Assembly: GCA_041589075.1 (NCBI GenBank)
Contig: JBFHWK010000003.1
Span: 1 to 53,054, forward strand
DNA length: 53,054 nt
Direction: 5' to 3'
From: Rhodothermales bacterium
GTDB taxonomy: Bacteria > Bacteroidota > Rhodothermia > Rhodothermales > JABDKH01
The position numbers and the translations under genes were made by a program. Positions within the stretch are counted from its first letter, which is position 1; the number at the start of each line of letters is the position of its first letter. This document shows positions 21,464-30,477 of the stretch, piece by piece. Under the pieces are notes generated by a model. The model was not told the origin of the DNA. It did not search any database and saw nothing but the letters and a program-made list of their open reading frames with translations.

Positions 21464-21790
21464 ATGACAGACACAGAAACCCGACCCGACCATCTCGAAG
21501 CGGTCATCATTCAAGCTATCCGATCGGTCTACGATCCGGAGATTCCCGTCAACGTGTACGACCTAGGCTTGATCTATGATATTCAGATCAACCCGGACAA
21601 CTCGGTCAACGTCAGGATGACCTTGACCGCGCCCAACTGTCCTGCGGCGGGCTTCTTGCCGGGACAGGTAGAATCAGCGGTACGCAGCGTAGAAGGCGTG
21701 ACCGATGCGCGCGTAGACGTCACTTTCGATCCTCCTTACTCTATGGATATGATGTCAGAGGAGGCGCGGCTTGAACTGGGGCTCATGTAG
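21464..21790 (+). CDS. DUF59/SufT Fe-S assembly protein
   Basis: YDPEIPVNVYDLGLIY, MTLTAPNCP, MMSEEARLELG. Confidence 0.9.
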   Translation: MTDTETRPDHLEAVIIQAIRSVYDPEIPVNVYDLGLIYDIQINPDNSVNVRMTLTAPNCPAAGFLPGQVESAVRSVEGVTDARVDVTFDPPYSMDMMSEEARLELGLM

Positions 21791-21797
21791 CGACAAC

Positions 21798-23291
21798 ATG
21801 GCGGCTCGGCACACCATAGCAATAGCGCGCGACCTCCTCGCCGAAGGGCACACGGCACCCGTACGCGAACTGATTGATCCGCGGGTTCGTGAATCGGGGT
21901 CCGGATCGGATGACGGGGCTTTACTTCGAGCGTTGCTCGCCATGGCCCGGACCCTGGACGGCGATGCGACCGGCGGGGTGTCACTTCTCAAGGAGTATCG
22001 TGAAGTCGATCAGAGAGCAGGGCTCTCAAATGCAGCGCGCGCCGAGGTGGCAACCTGGCTCGCATGGGCGACGGTGGCCGCGGGCGCCGACCGCACAGAT
22101 GTCGCACCAGCACTGACGCTGCTTTCAGAGGCCGAGCACGTCGCACGCTCGACACACGACCTGCATGGCCTTGCCTGGGCGTTGGCCGGACAGGCACAAG
22201 CCCTGGAGGCACTTGAAGAACCCGCCGCAGCCGCGATGGTCCTGCGGGAAGCGCGACGTTTGTCGCACGGCATCCATCATCGACTCCTCGACCAGCAACT
22301 GAACCGCCTGATGAAGTCGACCGAGAATTCGGAATTGCCGGAAGACGTGACCAAGCTGTTCAGTTCAGCAGGCATTGGGGGATCCGATGCTCTGATACCG
22401 GTTTTCGAAACGGCCCATCGTGCCATGGAGACGGGGCTACCGATCTTGCTGGTCGGCGAGCCGGGCAGTGGCAGGACCCGCCTCGCCCGGAGCCTGCATC
22501 AAGGCCGTCGGAGCGCAGGAGCTTTCCAAGTGCTTGACACCTCGGAGCGCGGCCATCGCGACACGAATACGCCCTTGTCCGTGGCCAACGGAAAGGTGAT
22601 CTCCACAGTGTTTATCCGGGACATCGATCGGCTAGCGCCCGAGGCGCAGGACTCCATAGCGCAACTGCTTACCGACGAGCAGGACTCACCGCAGCTAATC
22701 GCGTCGACTTCCGGCGATCCGTGGGCTCTCGTAACCGCCGGCCGGCTGACACGGGCCGTGTACGAGCGGCTCTGCTGCGTTGTGGTACGTATTCCGCCGC
22801 TACGCGAAAGACCGATCGACGTCAACATCATCGTGCGGCAGTATCAACAGCGATCGCTGCTGACGGGAGTACCCACCTTCTCGCTGACCGACGACGCATG
22901 GCGCGCTCTCCGAACCCACGCCTGGCCTGGCAACGTCGAAGAACTCATTGCGGAACTCGACCGGCTGACAGCTCGCTGCAACGCCGATCCCACAACGGTC
23001 GTGAGTCCAGAGGATCTCTCCGTTCAGGTAACCCCGAACGCGTCATCGGACCCGCTGGAAAGCTGGGCCGGTGAGCAAATCCTTCACAACGAGAGAGACC
23101 TGGATGCCGTACTTGCGGAGGCAGAAAGAACTCTGATCAGACGGACTCTTAATGAACTGTCCGGCAACGTGACGGCGACGGCCGAGAAGCTTGGGCTTTC
23201 GAGGCAAGGTCTCTACAAGAAAATGAAGCGTCTTCAGATAGACACGGCTCGTCTTCATGATTCGTCCCACGAATCCGTTTTGGGGGTATGA
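21798..23291 (+). CDS. Degenerate sigma54-activator-like AAA+ protein with a Fis HTH
   Basis: PILLVGEPGSGRT, IPPLRERP.D, HAWPGNVEEL and a C-terminal GNVTATAEKLGLSRQGLYKKMKR. No GAFTGA motif. Confidence 0.8.
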   Translation: MAARHTIAIARDLLAEGHTAPVRELIDPRVRESGSGSDDGALLRALLAMARTLDGDATGGVSLLKEYREVDQRAGLSNAARAEVATWLAWATVAAGADRTDVAPALTLLSEAEHVARSTHDLHGLAWALAGQAQALEALEEPAAAAMVLREARRLSHGIHHRLLDQQLNRLMKSTENSELPEDVTKLFSSAGIGGSDALIPVFETAHRAMETGLPILLVGEPGSGRTRLARSLHQGRRSAGAFQVLDTSERGHRDTNTPLSVANGKVISTVFIRDIDRLAPEAQDSIAQLLTDEQDSPQLIASTSGDPWALVTAGRLTRAVYERLCCVVVRIPPLRERPIDVNIIVRQYQQRSLLTGVPTFSLTDDAWRALRTHAWPGNVEELIAELDRLTARCNADPTTVVSPEDLSVQVTPNASSDPLESWAGEQILHNERDLDAVLAEAERTLIRRTLNELSGNVTATAEKLGLSRQGLYKKMKRLQIDTARLHDSSHESVLGV

Positions 23292-23728
23292 CGATGTCGG
23301 AGATGGATGCGAGAGTGAACGCGGGTGGCGCTCTACGAGGCTCGGACCCTGTCACGGCCTCCGTGTGGCTCGATCATGCCGCCGTAATCAGTGCAGACCT
23401 CGACAATGCGATCGGTTTCTATTCCGATCTCATCGGACTGCGGGTACATGTCGTAGAGGAGGATCCGATCCGGGAGGGCAGGCGGCGCGCAATGTTTTTC
23501 GACTCCCAGGGGCGAGACGTGCTTGAGATCATCGAGATGAAAGAGTTCGACCACGGTACGGTTGTCGGGCGCGGCGCGATTCACCACCTCGGATTCCGTT
23601 TCCCTCGTGCTGATTGGGATGCGCTGCGCATGCGACTGTACGAACGTGGCCATCACTACTCGTCGGTTGCGGGCAAACTGTTTGTGCGGGACAATGACGG
23701 GCTAATGCTGGAGATCGAACCGTTCTGA
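23288..23728 (+). CDS. VOC (glyoxalase/bleomycin resistance) family protein
   Basis: LDHAAV...AIGFYSDLIGL, IHHLGF, LFVRDNDG.MLEI. Confidence 0.85.
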   Translation: MTMSEMDARVNAGGALRGSDPVTASVWLDHAAVISADLDNAIGFYSDLIGLRVHVVEEDPIREGRRRAMFFDSQGRDVLEIIEMKEFDHGTVVGRGAIHHLGFRFPRADWDALRMRLYERGHHYSSVAGKLFVRDNDGLMLEIEPF

Positions 23729-23734
23729 GCACCT

Positions 23735-24667
23735 TCACCAGCCGCCCGACGCACCCCCTCCTCCAAAGGAACCCCCGCCACCGCTAAAGCCGCCGCCCGA
23801 AAACCCGCCGCCGGAAAACCCGCCCGATCCCCCGCCGATTACGACGGGGCCCCACCGCACCGAGCCCTTCTCCGCCATCGTCTTTCGCATGGCCCGGACC
23901 TTGGGGTGCGCCTGCACCAATATGTAAGCAACCGCATAGATCAACACGAACACAAACCCGCCGACCTCGGAGCCGGTCATTGAGAATCCAGCGACCCAGA
24001 AGAAGGGCATAAGGAAAACGAACATGAACCACCTCATGCATCCCGCCGTGACCAGCCCCATGAAGGCAAAGAACGAGGGTAGAATCACGAAGGGTAAGCC
24101 GAACCAGAAAGGTGGCCTGTCCGGCGGCGACTCCGCGGGCACGTAGGTGCCCTCGATTGCACCGAGAATAGCGGTGACACCGCTTCGTACACCCCCGTCG
24201 AAATCGCCCCGCCGCAAGTACGGCCTCACATCGTTGCGCAGAATTCGGCTTGCCACAACGTCGGGCAGCGCACCCTCGAGGCCATAGCCGACCTCAATGC
24301 GCATCTCCCGGTCGGCTATCGCGAGCATGAATAGCACGCCGTTGTTGTTGCGCGACGTTCCGAGGGCCCACTCCCGCGCAACGGCAAGTGCAAATTCCTC
24401 TACGGCATAGCCCTGTAGGTCAGGAACGGTCAACACAGCGACTTGGTTGGAGGTGGCTCTCTCGTGCGCCTCCAGAAGCGCGCTGAGATCGCGCTCGACC
24501 GCATCGGAAAGAACGTGTGCAATGTCGACGACCCTCCCTTCCAGGGCCGGTATCGTCGGCTGGCCCACAGCCGCAGCGCTGCAGACGAATAGAAGAGCAG
24601 CCACGGCCCACCCTCGCAAGGAAGCGCGTGTAGCCGAAATGGGGCAACGCGGCGTTCTTCTATTCAT
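23735..24667 (-). CDS. TPM-domain (YgcG-like) membrane protein with a Gly-rich tail
   Basis: QVAVLTV, NNGVLF, RIEVGYGLEGALPD, TM helices, tail FSGGGGSFGGGGASGGW. Confidence 0.9.
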   Translation of the reverse strand: MNRRTPRCPISATRASLRGWAVAALLFVCSAAAVGQPTIPALEGRVVDIAHVLSDAVERDLSALLEAHERATSNQVAVLTVPDLQGYAVEEFALAVAREWALGTSRNNNGVLFMLAIADREMRIEVGYGLEGALPDVVASRILRNDVRPYLRRGDFDGGVRSGVTAILGAIEGTYVPAESPPDRPPFWFGLPFVILPSFFAFMGLVTAGCMRWFMFVFLMPFFWVAGFSMTGSEVGGFVFVLIYAVAYILVQAHPKVRAMRKTMAEKGSVRWGPVVIGGGSGGFSGGGFSGGGFSGGGGSFGGGGASGGW

Positions 24668-25322
24668 CGGAGCCGAGCCGCAGTCGGTTTTCAAGCTCGT
24701 CCGAGTCGTCCGCACGAATGTGCACGCCGTGTGTCTCTAATAGACGTCCACATTTCTCTATAGCCTCGACGAGCCCGTCCGTTAGCCGGCCGGCACGGAT
24801 TCCGTTCCGTATCGTTTGGACAACGTCGACCCAGTCCTGCGGATCGACAGCTTTGTTGATACCCTCGTCCCCCAGCACTTCGATGCGGTGCTCCAGGATC
24901 GACACAAACAGAAGAATACCTGTGCGGTCACGCGTCTTGAACACCTCCTCCTCAAGGAACGCCCTCATCGCCCTCAGATGCACAGTTCGGGTTAGAAGCG
25001 CATCACCTGCCGCGAGGCGGCGAACCGAGGGAATCAAAGCCACCAGCACAACGCCGATAGTAGCGCTCGCAACGGTGACGAGTGTCAGTCCCCAGTTAGT
25101 GTGAAGCCATCCAAAACCCCAGCCCTCATAGAACCGAACAAAGACAAGCGCCAAGGCGAGGGCACCGAGGCCTAATACCACGGCTGCTCGCCAGAAGGCA
25201 ACTTCGTAGCTGTCACTTCGATCAACAACGAAGGGCACAATCTCACCGGATGTTCGTTGCTCGGCACTCGCGACGGCCTCCTTTACCTTCTGATGATCTT
25301 GCTCTGAGAAATGGAGTTTCAT
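24660..25322 (-). CDS. TPM-domain membrane protein
   Basis: AVASAEQRTSGEIV, TRDRTGILLFVS..EHRIEVLGDEGI, D..ELENRL. Confidence 0.87.
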   Translation of the reverse strand: MKLHFSEQDHQKVKEAVASAEQRTSGEIVPFVVDRSDSYEVAFWRAAVVLGLGALALALVFVRFYEGWGFGWLHTNWGLTLVTVASATIGVVLVALIPSVRRLAAGDALLTRTVHLRAMRAFLEEEVFKTRDRTGILLFVSILEHRIEVLGDEGINKAVDPQDWVDVVQTIRNGIRAGRLTDGLVEAIEKCGRLLETHGVHIRADDSDELENRLRLGSDE

Positions 25323-25392
25323 GACCGTCCTGGGCTGGTGCGGTGGCTGCAATATACACTCTGAGGGGACCGTACTCTGATAAGCTGAAGAG

Positions 25393-26088
25393 TCACCGCT
25401 TCCGTTCGGAGGGATCGTACAGGCTGCGCGTCAGCAACGCGTATCCGGCCAGGCTCAGGACAGAGATCGCAACGGCGATCACGACAAGTCGCAGCGCGGC
25501 CGCGTCGCCGCCGGCTCGATTTATCTCCGAAAAGACCGCGAGAGGGATCGTGCGAGTCTCGCCGGCAATGTTTCCGGCGACGACGATCGTGGCACCAAAC
25601 TCACCGACAGCGCGGGCGAATCCCAGAACGACGGCTCCGGCTACGCCTCGCGCGGTCAGGGGCATGATGACATGCCGAAAGACGGACCACCGGCCGCCAC
25701 CATAGACCAGACAGGCTTCTTCCCACACCGGATCAACTTGCTCGAACACGAGCCGCATGGTCTGCACGAGAAGTGGAAAGGAGACGACGGCCGCTGCAAG
25801 TACGGCCGCCAGCCAGGTGAACGCAATGTCCGTACCGAGTACGCTTGTCAGCGCTGCACCAATCGGTGAGCGGGGACCCAGCACGAAGAGCAGAAGCAGT
25901 CCGGTCACGACCGGGGGAAGGACCAGTGGTAATTGGACCAGATTCTCGACCACGAACGCAAACGGAAATCGTCTCCGGGCAAGCAAGTACGATAGCGCGA
26001 GTGCGAACGGTAGGGAGACCAGAACCGCCACCGAGGCGACCCGCGCGGAGAGCAGCACGATCTCCCATTCTGCGTTCGAGAGCATCAC
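25393..26088 (-). CDS. modB: Molybdate ABC transporter permease
   Basis: LPLVLPPVVTG, FARAVGEFGAT..VAGNI.G.TRTIPLA. Confidence 0.92.
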   Translation of the reverse strand: MMLSNAEWEIVLLSARVASVAVLVSLPFALALSYLLARRRFPFAFVVENLVQLPLVLPPVVTGLLLLFVLGPRSPIGAALTSVLGTDIAFTWLAAVLAAAVVSFPLLVQTMRLVFEQVDPVWEEACLVYGGGRWSVFRHVIMPLTARGVAGAVVLGFARAVGEFGATIVVAGNIAGETRTIPLAVFSEINRAGGDAAALRLVVIAVAISVLSLAGYALLTRSLYDPSERKR

Positions 26089-26097
26089 TCGCAGGCG

Positions 26098-26835
26098 TCA
26101 GTTGGTGTGAAACCCAAGTGTTGTCCAGATCAACGAATTCCTTTCGTCCATGAGAAAGTCAGCAAACGAGTTCGCAAGATCGGGCCGCCCTGACGAAAGG
26201 GGAACCAGAATACCATACGCAATTCTGGGCTGACATGACGCGGGCAACTCCGTTACGTGGACATCGAATGTCCGACGTTGGCGCTCCGTGATGTCAGTTG
26301 CATACACGATGCCTACGTCGGCGGAACCGGATACTACACCAGCCAGTGCCGCTCTCACGTCTAGAGTCGGCACGACCCGCTCTTCCACCTCGGTCCATAC
26401 GCCCAGGCACTCGAGCAAGGATTTCGCGTACCGGCCTGCGGGCACATGGTCAGGATCGGCGAGCGCCAGTCGCCGTGCACTGAGAAACGTGCTAATGGGT
26501 CCCTCAGCGGTGGCCGCGCGCGTGCGGACTGCGACGAGTCGGTTTCCAAACGGCAGTATGCGCCAGTCCCGTGCTATTCCGCGCTCTACCAGCCAGGCCG
26601 TCCAGGAGGTATCGGCAGATACAAAAATGTCCGCACGAGCCCCCCGCTCAATCTGCCGGGCCAGCACCGACGAAGCTGCCGCATTCGTGCGGGCGCCGCC
26701 CGACCGAGCAACAAAGAAAGAGTCAGCGGCTGCCTGTATCACCTCCGCGAGCGATGCGGCCGCAAACACGTCAAGCCGATCTTCTGCCGGTGTGTCGCAC
26801 GACATCTGAGTCAAAGCCAGAACCAGAATACACAG
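26098..26835 (-). CDS. modA: Molybdate ABC transporter substrate-binding protein (start uncertain)
   Basis: VFAAASL, ASSVLARQIERGARADIFVSA, DPDHVPAGRYA, DVGIVYATD. There is no in-frame ATG or GTG between the upstream gene's stop and the signal-like segment. Confidence 0.85.
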   Translation of the reverse strand: MCILVLALTQMSCDTPAEDRLDVFAAASLAEVIQAAADSFFVARSGGARTNAAASSVLARQIERGARADIFVSADTSWTAWLVERGIARDWRILPFGNRLVAVRTRAATAEGPISTFLSARRLALADPDHVPAGRYAKSLLECLGVWTEVEERVVPTLDVRAALAGVVSGSADVGIVYATDITERQRRTFDVHVTELPASCQPRIAYGILVPLSSGRPDLANSFADFLMDERNSLIWTTLGFHTN

Positions 26836-26872
26836 ATGCCGGCGGGCTCCGGGCGTTGATGCGCAGCACCCT

Positions 26873-27997
26873 TTAGTTGGCGCGTAGCTGTACAACCGCT
26901 TCAAGAGCCGATTCCGCTCGTTGGTAGATCGGATTCCCGGAATCGCCGACAAGGGTCTTCACGCGCTCAAACTGGCTGACAGCGCCGTCGTATCGACCGA
27001 TACGAAGGAGCATGATTCCCTTGTTGAAGTTTGCCTGCACGTGATTTGAATCCACTTCGAGAACGCGATTCGTGTTTGCGATCGCCTGCATCTGATTCTC
27101 CGGATCGTACATGAAGGCGACGGCCATGTCCGTACGAACGTCAAGATTGTCCGGGTTGATCTCGAGCGCTTTGCCGTACGTAGCAATGGCCCTCCTGGCG
27201 TATGCGATTCGCTCCTCGCCGTCCACTCGCTCCATCCAGTCGTAGAAGAGGTTGCCGGCGCGTATCCAGTCGACCTCGGCGTTGGACTCACTAGCCACAA
27301 CCTCTTGAACATCGCCGGCAAGATCGAAGCGACCTTCCGAAACCAGGAAATCGACCAACTTAGATTGGCCGACTTTCCGTGCTGCGCCCGTTGAGGCATC
27401 GATCTCCTCGCGAAGCCTCGCGACCTCGCCCTCTGCCTCGGGCGACAGCGGCGCGGGCGTGAAGTCCAGCTCCGTCGTGCCCGCGACTCCACCCATGCCA
27501 GTGTCGGATCTCTTGCTGGCGACGGTCACGAAAAAGAGGCCAATGACCAACAGAAGTGCCGCACCAATCACCAGAAACACTTGACGGCCGAGCCCGTCGG
27601 GTTGCCCGTTCGCGCCGTTATCCTCCGCCGCGGAGGGTTCGTCGGCAGGCGGTTTTTTTGCATCGGGGATCGGCGCAACGGTGACAAGACGGCGGCCACA
27701 CGAACCGCAAAAACGTGCTCCCTCGGGGAACGGAGATCCGCAGCTCGTGCAGAATCCCGCGACCTCCGATATCGTTGCGGCCACCGAAACCGCGTGTACC
27801 TCCGGCTCCGGCGTATCAGGGCTCTCTTCGACAGGCTCTTCAGCGTTGTCGACAACGTCGCCGCCCGCAGTGACCGCAGGTCCCGCTTGAACCGCTTCGC
27901 CATCGCCCTCGAGCGGCGAACCGCACAGGTCACAGACTTCCCCAGCTCCCTTCTGAAGTGCGCCACACTGCGGGCACACCGTTCGCTCTTTCACCAT
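26873..27997 (-). CDS. Double Zn-ribbon, single-TM, TPR-containing protein
   Basis: CPQC/CDLC and CTSC/CGSC pairs, one TM helix, then TPR-like helices (ALEINPDN, ANFNKG). Confidence 0.8.
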   Translation of the reverse strand: MVKERTVCPQCGALQKGAGEVCDLCGSPLEGDGEAVQAGPAVTAGGDVVDNAEEPVEESPDTPEPEVHAVSVAATISEVAGFCTSCGSPFPEGARFCGSCGRRLVTVAPIPDAKKPPADEPSAAEDNGANGQPDGLGRQVFLVIGAALLLVIGLFFVTVASKRSDTGMGGVAGTTELDFTPAPLSPEAEGEVARLREEIDASTGAARKVGQSKLVDFLVSEGRFDLAGDVQEVVASESNAEVDWIRAGNLFYDWMERVDGEERIAYARRAIATYGKALEINPDNLDVRTDMAVAFMYDPENQMQAIANTNRVLEVDSNHVQANFNKGIMLLRIGRYDGAVSQFERVKTLVGDSGNPIYQRAESALEAVVQLRAN

Positions 27998-28023
27998 GTC
28001 CTTAGTTCGACGAGGCCCTGTCG

Positions 28024-28323
28024 TCAGGTGACGTCTCCCGGATTGACCCGGCTTTGCACAGCGTCACGGAACTCCTGTGACGCCTTGAACACCGGAAGAA
28101 CCCTTTCCTTGACGCGGACTTCCTCGTTCGTCCGCGGGTTCCGAGCGGTTCGGGGCGCACGTCTTTGTGCCTTAAAGGTACCGAACCCTCGGAGATAGAC
28201 TGCTTCACCCTCTGTGATAGCCGATTTTACGATGGCCATGAAACCGTTGATGACAGCCTCCGTCTCGGTCTTTGTGAGGCCGGTCCCCTCTGCTATTCGG
28301 TCGACGATATCTGCCTTTGTCAC
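28024..28323 (-). CDS. hup: HU-family DNA-binding protein
   Basis: MTKADIV, VYLRGFGTF, RTARNPRT, PVFKAS. Confidence 0.93.
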   Translation of the reverse strand: MTKADIVDRIAEGTGLTKTETEAVINGFMAIVKSAITEGEAVYLRGFGTFKAQRRAPRTARNPRTNEEVRVKERVLPVFKASQEFRDAVQSRVNPGDVT

Positions 28324-28633
28324 GTGCGAGCCCTGAATGATTAATGCAGAAAACTATGACACTGGAGCATCTGTACGCCGCTTCGACCTCGTCGTATACC
28401 CCGAGCGTCGGACGACACATACGCCTGCACCACAATCTCTCGGCATGCTCGCCACACGCGACCTATGCGGGACTCGGATTCCTGCGAGGCAGCAACAACA
28501 CCGAAAGATACGGCCTGTCCGCATTTATTCGAGGCTTGGCCATATGACCGACACTTTTTTTGGACAAAAACTGGACGCTGCGCGTTATCGTTTCTTCGGG
28601 CGAAGTGGCATCCAAACCCGCAGAAAAGCACTA

Positions 28634-28972
28634 ATGAGTCCTGACAACCCGGAGATCCGTGATGACGCCTGGCACCCGCTTTCAAGAAACGTGATTCGGG
28701 CTTTTGGCGACTCCGATACCCTCTCCTCCGCATCTGACCGTCGGCGTGAGCTCGAGAAATTCCTTCGAAGCCGCATCCGCAAACTGTTGCAGGACAGTCC
28801 CGCAAGACTCATGTCCATCCTGTATCGGATAGACGTGCGGGAACACGATGTGATCGATTGTCTTGAGCAGCTTCACGGAGAAGCTCTCGTGAATCGACTT
28901 TCGGATCTTGTTATTGCACGTCAGCTCGAGAAGCTCGAAACCCGGCGACGGTTAGGATCGAACCTGACGTGA
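28634..28972 (+). CDS. Conserved-looking hypothetical protein
   Basis: L.SILYRIDV.E and LVIARQLEK..TR motifs resemble a small Bacteroidota/Rhodothermota hypothetical family (from memory). Start chosen at ATG 28634. Confidence 0.65.
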   Translation: MSPDNPEIRDDAWHPLSRNVIRAFGDSDTLSSASDRRRELEKFLRSRIRKLLQDSPARLMSILYRIDVREHDVIDCLEQLHGEALVNRLSDLVIARQLEKLETRRRLGSNLT

Positions 28973-29028
28973 AATGACGCGGGCCGAAATGACACAAAAC
29001 TCCGGTGCCCCTTAATGCGCACTGCTTG

Positions 29029-29787
29029 ATGATTTCTATCTCGAAGATCTGTATGCCACTCGTTGTCGGGCTTCTGCTGACGGCGTCGTCGTGCCGCACG
29101 TCGGACACAGCGGAAGCGGTCATCGACCGTGCCATTCGGGCACACGGTGCCCACCTGCTGGCCAACGCCGTTCTCGAGTTCACCTTTCGGGGTGATCGCT
29201 ACAAGGCTGTCCGACAAGCCGGCCTGTTTAGCTACGAGCGGCTGTATGAGGACAGCACCGGATCGGTTCGCGACGTTGTCAACAACGATGACATCTTCCG
29301 CGAGATCGACGGCGTACCACAGTCGATCAACGAACGTACGCGTTCAAGCATACTCAGTAAAGTAAACTCCATTATCTACTTCGCATCCCTACCGTACCCA
29401 CTGAAGGACCCCGCCGTAATCAAGCGTGATCTTGGCCCGACCGAAATACTCGGCACGACGTATGACCGCATCGAAATCACCTTTCATAGGCAAGGCGGCG
29501 GTCCCGATTACCAGGACCGCTTCGTCTACTGGATCAACGTCGAGACTTCGTTGATAGGCTACCTGGCGTACTACTATTACACCGATGAGACCGGCTCGCG
29601 TCTTCGTGAGTTCGTGAATCCCAGGGATGTCAACGGATTCCGTGCCGCAGACCATTTGAACTACGCGTCACGGATGGATACGCTCGGCACTCGATTAGAG
29701 GGCTACGAGTCCTTGATAGGAACCGACGGTCTGGAGCTCGTTTCGGAAGTCAGACACGAAAGCGTTAGTTTGGAGTTTGCCGACTGA
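29029..29787 (+). CDS. Lipoprotein, DUF6503-like
   Basis: Lipobox ASSC; IDRAIRAHG, F.FRG..Y, NSIIYFASLPYPLKD, ITF..QGGG.D..D.F.YW. Confidence 0.75.
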   Translation: MISISKICMPLVVGLLLTASSCRTSDTAEAVIDRAIRAHGAHLLANAVLEFTFRGDRYKAVRQAGLFSYERLYEDSTGSVRDVVNNDDIFREIDGVPQSINERTRSSILSKVNSIIYFASLPYPLKDPAVIKRDLGPTEILGTTYDRIEITFHRQGGGPDYQDRFVYWINVETSLIGYLAYYYYTDETGSRLREFVNPRDVNGFRAADHLNYASRMDTLGTRLEGYESLIGTDGLELVSEVRHESVSLEFAD

Positions 29788-29830
29788 CCAACTGCCACAC
29801 CTGAGTATGGGATTGGCACCAGGAGCTCTG

Positions 29831-30436
29831 ATGACCTGGCGGCGTTTGCGAACTGCATCGCGCCTCACAATCGCATTTTTTCTCACCGCGGGCCTGGCCG
29901 CCTGCGAGGTCGAGCGAGAAGCGCCGCATAGTGGCGGCGAAATCGTCGAGACGACCGACGTCGTCGCACCGCCGGACCTGCGACAAAGCCCCATGGCGAT
30001 TGCCGCCGCTACTCTCGAGGACGGGACGTATGTCAAGATCGTCTACTCTTCGCCGCGCAAGAGAGGCAGGAAGATTTTCGGCGGGCTGGTCCCTTATGGC
30101 GAGATCTGGAGAACCGGTGCCAACGAGGCGACCGAGATCACGTTGACAGGAACGGTTACGATGGCCGGCCATCGCGTCGAAGCAGGCACCTATGCGCTCT
30201 TTACGGTCCCCGGCGAGAACTCCTGGACCATCATCCTCAATGGCACGCTCGGTCAGTGGGGTGCGTACGACTACGACGCGACAACGGACGAACTCCGGTT
30301 TGACGTTTCGTCGACAGTTACGGAGCAAACCTACGAGGCGTTCACGATTTCGATCGATGCCGAGTCCGCTGCTCCCGCCATTCGCCTTGTCTGGGAAAAC
30401 ACCGCCGTCAACATTCCACTCGTGAGCGCACAGTGA
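29831..30436 (+). CDS. DUF2911-domain lipoprotein
   Basis: AGGAG upstream of the ATG; lipobox LAAC; YSSP.KRGRKIFGGLVPYGEIWRTGANEAT, WENT. Confidence 0.88.
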   Translation: MTWRRLRTASRLTIAFFLTAGLAACEVEREAPHSGGEIVETTDVVAPPDLRQSPMAIAAATLEDGTYVKIVYSSPRKRGRKIFGGLVPYGEIWRTGANEATEITLTGTVTMAGHRVEAGTYALFTVPGENSWTIILNGTLGQWGAYDYDATTDELRFDVSSTVTEQTYEAFTISIDAESAAPAIRLVWENTAVNIPLVSAQ

Positions 30437-30477
30437 GGCGCACCGGTAGGTAGACGGCCCACAGAATCGATCCAACC

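Noticed and set aside
23735-23840. Repetitive GC-rich tract
   Set aside because: It is the normal GGGFS Gly-rich tail of YgcG-like TPM proteins.
28324-28633. N-terminal extension of the 28337 ORF, or an sRNA upstream of hup
   Set aside because: The composition is not protein-like and there is no convincing stem or terminator. It is most likely a divergent promoter region.
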